Assembly (NCBI RefSeq): GCF_009914755.1
Contig: NC_060931.1
Reading direction: 5' to 3' (one strand)
Length of the DNA stretch: 64,000 bases
From: the human T2T-CHM13v2.0 reference genome, Homo sapiens
Part shown: piece after piece, positions 56,369 through 64,000 of the stretch
Layout: each line of letters starts with the position of its first letter
How positions within the stretch are numbered: the first letter of the stretch is position 1
Made by a program: the position numbers and the translations under genes
The notes under the pieces: generated by a model
Databases searched by the model: none
The model's input: only the letters and a program-made list of their open reading frames with translations
Told to the model about the DNA's origin: nothing

Positions 56369-58865
56369 TTTCCATAGAAGCAACAACAAATCATGTCAAA
56401 CACACACACTCAAAAAGCATTTTTTTAAAAATAAAGCTGATGTAATAGAAGGGTGACAGCTCCACCTCAGCCAGCTAAATGCCTACTCATGTTGTTATTA
56501 TGAGGATTCCTGTATGTTATAAACTACAGTGATGACCACAGTATGGGCTTATACATACTAAGTATTTAATATAGCATCATATACTATAAGCCTTAATGAG
56601 AATTATTTCAAAATTATTAATGTGTGAGCTATTTTACCTGCCTGATAATGTAAACTCTACTCCTCTGAGGTGGATAAAATATAAAATGAAATCTAAAAAT
56701 TATAATAAATTTAAATTCTGCAAAATTAAGCCTTGACACAAACTAGGTGATATCCTTGGAAAAGAAGCAAAATCTTGAAATAAAAGTAATTTACTTTTAC
56801 TTCTGGGTGCCTTTTACTGTTTCGAGAGCTCTTCTTGCTCATCTTTGAAAAGTTGAGAAAAATTTACTCTTCTAACACAGATTTTGTGAAATTTAGGAAT
56901 AAATGCATGTTTAAAAATGCCATAAATACCATACATATGTTATTATTGCAAAATTCTTTGCAAGAATTTAGTCAAGAAAAAATATTGTTTTAGAAAATGA
57001 AACATACAGCTTTCACACCTCACCTTAGGCTTTCCCAATGTATTTGACTTTTAAAAAGATTATACCATCCCCTAATATGCTCATTTTGCATTAAACAAAA
57101 AAAGTACCTTCTTGCTGGAACTGCCTATTCACGTCAGTCTGAATGTAACAGTGTCTGGTTTATCAACAGTCTGGTTAATTTTATTTGACCAATGCAAAGA
57201 GCTATCAAAATAGTCCAATGTACATTAAATTTACATTAACTGCTTTACTACTACAAACAGTCAAATGAAAACTTCCCTCAATACTCAGACAGTTTACGAT
57301 GTTTAAAATCACTACACAGGGTTACATTCACAACAGATCTAGGGTGGAATAATTTTCTTTTTATTACTTAATGGAGAAGTTCTCAAATGAGTTTGATTCC
57401 TCTGTTTTGAAGTACAAGTAATATTACCCTCCTCAATTATTTCTGTGAAGGTTTTGAAGAAAAGTTTCAAAAACTTAAAGCATATCACGCATACTAGTTG
57501 CTGCATATACATAGGCAACTTTTACCACAGAATGACAAAAACATATCAAATCTGTACACATAGTACTAATGTTTGTAATCTATATTCTATTGTTATAGGT
57601 TTCTAATGTAAATTTCTGATTTACTAGATAAAGATCATTAACAAATTTTCTTTTGTTTGTTCTTTTTACTATTGGAGTTCAACAGAAGAAACATGATCTT
57701 TTATGAATGTCTGAGATGTTGAACAAATATGAAATTTAATCTAGCCACATTCATAAAAACTTCATCATATTTTTCTGTCAGTTGAATAATTTTATGCTAA
57801 TTAGATTTATGCCAACACCATCTAAAATTTTTTGTTAAATGTTTTCACATTGTATATGTGAAATAAACCTGTATCTGGGAAAGGAAGTAATTGAAAAAAA
57901 TCTCTAGATTATGCTCAAAATATTTGTGATTACATAGAATTTTTACCAGTGAGTTTTTGTCTGAGATAAAACACAATTCCTAATGTGGGTTTGATAAATG
58001 AAAACATGAAAAATGGTACCATTCAATGATTAATATAAGTAGTATCTTTCATCATTGGAATTGGTATTGCTTCTGAGATCACTATACAAATAAATTTTGA
58101 AATGATATAGTTCAACAGACCAATAAAAATAGTTTCTTCTTGTATTACTGTCTTCAATGGTAGCAGTGATTATAAAAATTAAAGATTGAGACCAGAAAAA
58201 ATTTAATCTACACTAACAGTGATTAAGAGTATGGAATGCACATTTCTATGGTATAAGAAAGATTGTATCCCAATATTGGACAATTATGTGTATATATTTC
58301 TATGATGATTTAAATAGAGTTTTATCTTGAAATCCTAGGAGGTATTTCCCAGTCCCAAGGTTTAATACACTAGAGATGGAATTTCACCTACCATTACACA
58401 ATATCCTTCTTATTGTCTCTTTGAAACAAAATAGTTCTGTTTCCTGAGCTAAAGTCATGTAGTGTTCTAAAAACATATTCAAGAAATAAAATGTGGATTC
58501 TATTTAAGCAAATATAAATAATATAAAACTATTTTATTTCAAATAAACATTAAAATTTTAAGAGAATTATAATATTAAAAAATTTATTCCTACATATATC
58601 AAATACACTGTAATTTTTTTTGTCTAGTCTGAGGGTACTTCTAGACCTTGGGGTTGCCAAAATAATGATGAATATTTTACTATAATTGAAACAAAGTGCT
58701 GACTTGAGAGCATTTTATAGAATACCATATATCATGGGTTTACCATATTTTGTGATTTGGGCATGTAATTTTTCTTTATTTTGGAACACTACGAAAAGTG
58801 AATCATACCATTGAATTTGGAGAAAAGCATAATGTAATGGTTGAGATGGAGCTATAATGTCTGAA

Positions 58866-59020
58866 CTTCAAGTGATTCTCCTGGGCTCAAGTGATCCTCC
58901 ATCTCCAGCGTCCTGAATAGGTACCACTACAGGTGGTTGCCACCACAACCATCTAATTTTTTTAAACTCTTTTTTTTTTTTAAGAGATAGAGTCTTGCTT
59001 TGTTGCCCAGGCTGGTCTTG
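58866..59020 (-). mobile_element. Truncated AluJ fragment
   Basis: ctcctgggctcaagtgatcctcc...gagatagagtcttgctttgttgcccaggctggtct. Confidence 0.8.
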
Positions 59021-60023
59021 GAGAATGCATTTTGCTCTTTAAAAGATCCCTAACATGAGGTGTGTTTAGGTTGAAGTGGGTATGTGCATGCTATTTAAGA
59101 TTATAATAGTGAAAGGATGTTGGGTGCCAAATTAGGCATAAAGTTAAAAGAGATCTCCAACACCTACAACAATATTGAAATTCAGAAGTAGAAAAATCAA
59201 AGCTCTGCTCATGCATGTCAGGGAATGTATAACATATTAATAGAATCCATGTCAATACTAATATTTAAGTTTACATTACCATTATTGACTTAACCTAATG
59301 CCAATGTCACAGTGTTGTTATTTTATGTAGTAAATGCTTTAGAAGTGGTTCATGGCTGGCAGTGATTGGAAGAAGATAATATTGCCTAAAAGTAAAAATC
59401 TATATTCCATTGTGAAATCTCAGCTAATACACCACTTTGATCCATTATTTAAGATCATTCTATAAAGAAATATGAAAAATAGCAACAATTTTATAATTTT
59501 GTTATATGTAGTAGGATACATCAACTAGAAAATATTTAATGAATTTTACAACTTTGTACTTCTGTTGCTTTGTTAGATACAATTTTCACAGCAGTTTTGA
59601 GTTTTATTTTTTGTTATAAGTAACTTATTACAAATGACAGCCACTACTATGGATTAAGCTTTTCTGATTCTTCCATAAAATGTTGTTTGAAAACAATTTC
59701 ATATCCTTTGTGTTGGGAATAGAATTAAAGATTTAATAAAAATCCTATAGAGAATGCTAGATAGCAGATAATATTTATCTTTACATATATACACGTGCAT
59801 TTGTTTTTCATTCTTAGTTACTAGGATTATTTCGCTATTGACAGATTAAAAAAATAGTAGGTACTATTTATTTGAGGGCTACCATATTCCAAGGGCTTTA
59901 TGTGCATTTTCTTGTCACAATATCTCTGCACGCTAGTTTCATTTGACACACTTATAGATGAGCAAACAAGCTCAATGATATTAAGCAACTTGACCAGGCT
60001 TAGCTTCTAAAAGGGTTCATGCT

Positions 60024-60383
60024 TGTATTAGTCTGTTCTCAGTCTGCTAATAAAGACATATCCGAGAATGGGCAATTTATAAAAGAAAGAGGTTTAATTA
60101 ACTCAACAGTTTCACATGGCTAGGGAGGCCTCACAATCATGCTGGAAAACGAAGGAAGGCCATAGGGACATCTTACCCAGCAACAGGCAAGAGAGCATAT
60201 GCAGGGGAACTCCCCTTTATGAAACCATCACATCTCCGTGACACTTATTCACTATCACGAGAACAGCACAGAAAAGACCCGCCCCATGATTCATTTACCT
60301 CCCACCGGGTCCCTCCCACAACAGCGGGGAATTATGGGAGCTACAATTCGAGACTTGGGCGGGGGCACAGGAATGCCATATCA
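60024..60383 (-). mobile_element. THE1 (B/C-like) solo LTR
   Basis: tgtattagtctgttctc...ccatatca; perfect TSD atgct at 60019-60023 and 60384-60388. Confidence 0.93.
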
Positions 60384-60422
60384 ATGCTATTTCCAGATAG
60401 CATGTTCTCTTTCTAAAAGACG

Positions 60423-60790
60423 GTGCCAATCAAGATCCTGGCAAGAAATATATGGCACATTCAAATAGGTAATTTGAGGACAGCTTAATGAAGAGATTAT
60501 TTACATATATGTGGATGGGTTTAGGACAACAACAAGACATGAGTCAATAACCTCAGCCTCATAATGCAGGAATGAGATGTATAGTAAGAGGTACCACATA
60601 GTAGCTATAGGCATTAAAAGAGGAAAGCAGCAAACCCATGGTCACTTGACTGGGAGACAACTGAGGAAATAAAGACCCAGAGCTTCATCTTCTATTGTCC
60701 TCAGCACTTTTGCTGGTGCCTCATATTTCCAAGCTGGAGCATACAACAGCCCACTAATGTAGTCCAATGGTGGGCATAAGATATTTTGGA
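60423..60790 (-). mobile_element. Ancient MLT1-type LTR
   Basis: aagaaatatatggcacattcaaataggtaatttgaggacagcttaatgaagagattatttaca resembles old MaLR/ERVL LTRs. Confidence 0.5.
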
Positions 60791-61126
60791 GACAATCGCT
60801 AGACAATTTTTTAATTAGAAGGTAGTCTGTTCTTACAACATATGCAAATTACTAGCCATACTAATTTTGGCTTTTCAGACAGGGAATAAAATGCTAATTA
60901 AATCTAAATCTCATATAAAGTGGTGTGTTTGCTAGAACTGAAAATGCATTATAATGATTGGGGAAAAAATGCAGTTTTTTTGTATGACAGATTTGAAGTC
61001 ATACTCTGAGGAAATCAAAGTTGTGATTTCTCCTTCTCATTACTTGCTTTTTCATCCATTTCTCACTTTATTTATCCAGAAACTGTCAATCCCAGAATTT
61101 ATCATTATGTTGGGATGAGGTAGTGA

Positions 61127-61268
61127 AGACACAATACTTGCTTTGTCGCCCAGGATAGAGTGCAGTAGCACCACCATAGTCTCAAACTCCTACACTCAAG
61201 AGATCCTTCCACCTCAGCCTGTAGAGTAGCTGAGATTATTTACAGGCGCGAGCCACTGGGGCCAGGCT
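61127..61268 (-). mobile_element. Alu monomer (FAM/FLAM/FRAM-like)
   Basis: gtcgcccaggatagagtgcagt...caaactcct..acaggcgcgagccact. Confidence 0.75.
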
Positions 61269-61384
61269 AATTGCATTACGAATATGTTTTTATTTCAGGA
61301 AAAGTTAAAGACCTGGTTTGATGGGGATGAACAGGAAGCAATCAAGCTAGAATGCTCATTCTTTCATGTACTACGTTGCACAAT

Positions 61385-61920
61385 TGTCAGAGGGTCCTAG
61401 CAGAAGAGACTCCATCTTGAATAAAGACTGGATGAGGCCAAACCTGCCGGGATACATTCTCAGAGGGGTTAGGCACTCTTGGTCACAAGATGTTTATGGT
61501 TGAGTGAAGGAGTTAATTATGTTAACTAAATAAATAAAGACTCAGAACTTATGGAAACTTCTTGATATTTTATGAACAAGAAGCATTTAATAATCAAAGT
61601 TTTGTTAAAAATAATATTACACTCACAAAGTCTTGCTAACCTCAATAGCTACCCAGGAAAATAACAATACTAATAGCCTGTCACAAGCTGAGAACAAGCT
61701 TTTATAATGAGGTACAATATTATCAGCCTTAATACCCTATATAAACAAGCATTATCTTTAAGGTAGAGGCCTTCCTTTTCTTGCTTTCTGGGGATGCCTT
61801 ACTCTGTAGTAGAGTGATTTCTAATAAACGATGTTAACTTTACTGTAGTCTGCAACTCACACACGCAAGATCCAAGAACCCGCTCTTGGAGTCTGGAAGA
61901 AGACCCCTTTTTCGGTAATA
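61385..61920 (+). mobile_element. MER41-family ERV1 solo LTR (C/D/E-like)
   Basis: tgtcagagg...gactccatcttgaata...aagatccaagaacc..ctcttgg...cggtaata; 4-bp TSD caat at 61381-61384 and 61921-61924; internal aataaa. Confidence 0.85.
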
Positions 61921-62908
61921 CAATGAAAACCCTTAGACTTACTCCTACTTTCCAGAATTATTCATGAATCTGATAGATTACGACGTGATTTTACCACACT
62001 GTTGCAGCTGTACACTATGTGACTATTTGTATGAGAAGTTATCAGGTTGCACAAGTACACCGATGTACTACCTGATAGACCTAGTTGCATATTTGCAGGA
62101 AAAAACACAAATCCGAAATATATATATATATATGTATTTGTTTAAGATATAGGAAAAATCTCTTTGACCTATGAAAAGATTCGACAAGAAACAAAAAGTA
62201 GTAGGACTTTTCTTGAATACTGAGAAAAATATCTTTGAAAATATTTTTGTCCTGAAAAAGGGTAGGTAAAAGTTTAGAAAAAATATATATAATTGTTTTA
62301 ATAAAAGTGCAAATAGCTATTCCTTCTATAAATTAGCACAAGAAAGCAGGTCGAGGTATATAATAAATGAATGAATGTCTGTCATAAAAAGAAGAAAAAT
62401 TAAGAGTAGAATTTAATAGAATTAAAATATGCATGTAAAAGGTAAAAGTAGAAATATAGGGAAAAATCAAGTTTATGATGTGGAGGAGAAACACGAGAAG
62501 TTCTCAGGTAATAGATTAAAAAATGAAAGAAGTGTTAAAAATTGAAACAAAAAATTACAATTAAAACTAAATGAAGAAATAGAAATACAGTCTAACATTT
62601 ATAAGTGTGCATATAAAGTACTTTCCTAATATAAAAAATATTGAAGATGTACTGAAAAAATATGACTAAGTTAAAAAGTCCTAAGTCAAGGGCCCTAAGC
62701 AGAATAATGTATTCAATGTTTAAACTGTTTAAATAAAGATTTAGTTATAACCTGTAAACTTAATGTTAACATTTATAAATATGGGTGAAAAATATTCATA
62801 TTGACTACAAAATATATATGCTCACCTAGCTCCTGTAACATAATAAAAAATAAGATGCTACAGTCTAGAAGTTTTGAAAGGACAAAGATTTAACTAAAGA
62901 ATTCTAAA

Positions 62909-63196
<288 letters not shown>

Positions 63197-63314
63197 AAAG
63201 AATTCTAAACTCAGATAAATTTTCATACACAAAGACAATCAACAATAATACAAAAAATGCAAAATTCAGGAAACTAATTTTATTCTAATTACAAAAGTTA
63301 TACTTTTAAAAAAT

Positions 63315-63397
63315 ATATTGTTATTTAACAGTAATTAACAGTTCAGAACTCAAAAATATTGTTATTTAACTGTTACTTAACAGTCCAGATCTAAAAA
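63315..63397. repeat. Tandem duplication, 2 x ~41 bp
   Basis: atattgttatttaac.gt...ttaacagt.caga.ct at 63315 and 63356. Confidence 0.85.
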
Positions 63398-64000
63398 AGA
63401 TCATGCTGTAGATGCAGTTGTAAGATTTGATATCAATTAGCACAAGCTTAAATATTTTTAATGTTTAAGAATATGGCAAAAATTACTTATACATTCTAAA
63501 TACTGTAAATTCTATAAAATATGGTAAAAGAATAACTGAAGAAAATGTTTGCAAGCTTAAATATAACTATATAATAAAAATCTATTCCATATCCCAAATA
63601 AAAATTTCAAATTTCAGATATTTAATAGGTGGTATTTAGATAGATATATAGAACCTGAATTCCTATTAAACCTAGACAAGTGTACAAATCACTGTTTTAT
63701 TCCAAAAGTGTAAATTTTGATACATAGATCATAAACATAAATAAACCATTAGGAATGAATAAAAATAGGTTTAGTTTCCCAATAATTACAGAAGACAAAA
63801 GCAAACAATATGTAATTTATGTGACTAACAAAACAAAACCACAGGAAACAATGAATAACATAAAATAAAGACATAAATAGGGGAAAGCTGTCAACTCAAA
63901 ACATAAAAGTTATTACAACTTTTAACATCCTCTATTTAAAGGAAAGGATGTTCTGATTAAAAGCAAAGTTTGAATTGATACTACTATTAAAAGGAAGTTT

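Overview
AT-rich primate genomic DNA, almost certainly human because it carries an AluYb8, a human-specific subfamily. I find no credible host protein-coding gene, RNA gene or CpG island, so this is intergenic or deep-intronic sequence. Roughly half of the window is recognisable transposon debris: a full-length but dead L1PA10-like LINE-1 (16072-22533) nested in an older L1M, two 5'-truncated L1PA copies, several L1M pieces, about 12 Alus, solo LTRs (THE1, MST, MLT1, MER41), hAT DNA-transposon relics (MER45A/B, MER58, MER63), L2 and MIR fragments, and microsatellites. The long ORFs are L1 ORF1/ORF2 remnants, antisense Alu read-throughs or chance ORFs. I do not see a new biological system. The most interesting observations are repair and insertion signatures: one segment of an old L1 copied twice into neighbouring positions (one direct, one inverted), a twin-primed (5'-inverted) L1MA insertion, a very young AluYb8, multi-level nested insertions with intact target-site duplications (TSDs), and several local tandem duplications. 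Subfamily names come from recalled consensus motifs and need RepeatMasker/Dfam confirmation. Boundaries of old elements are approximate.
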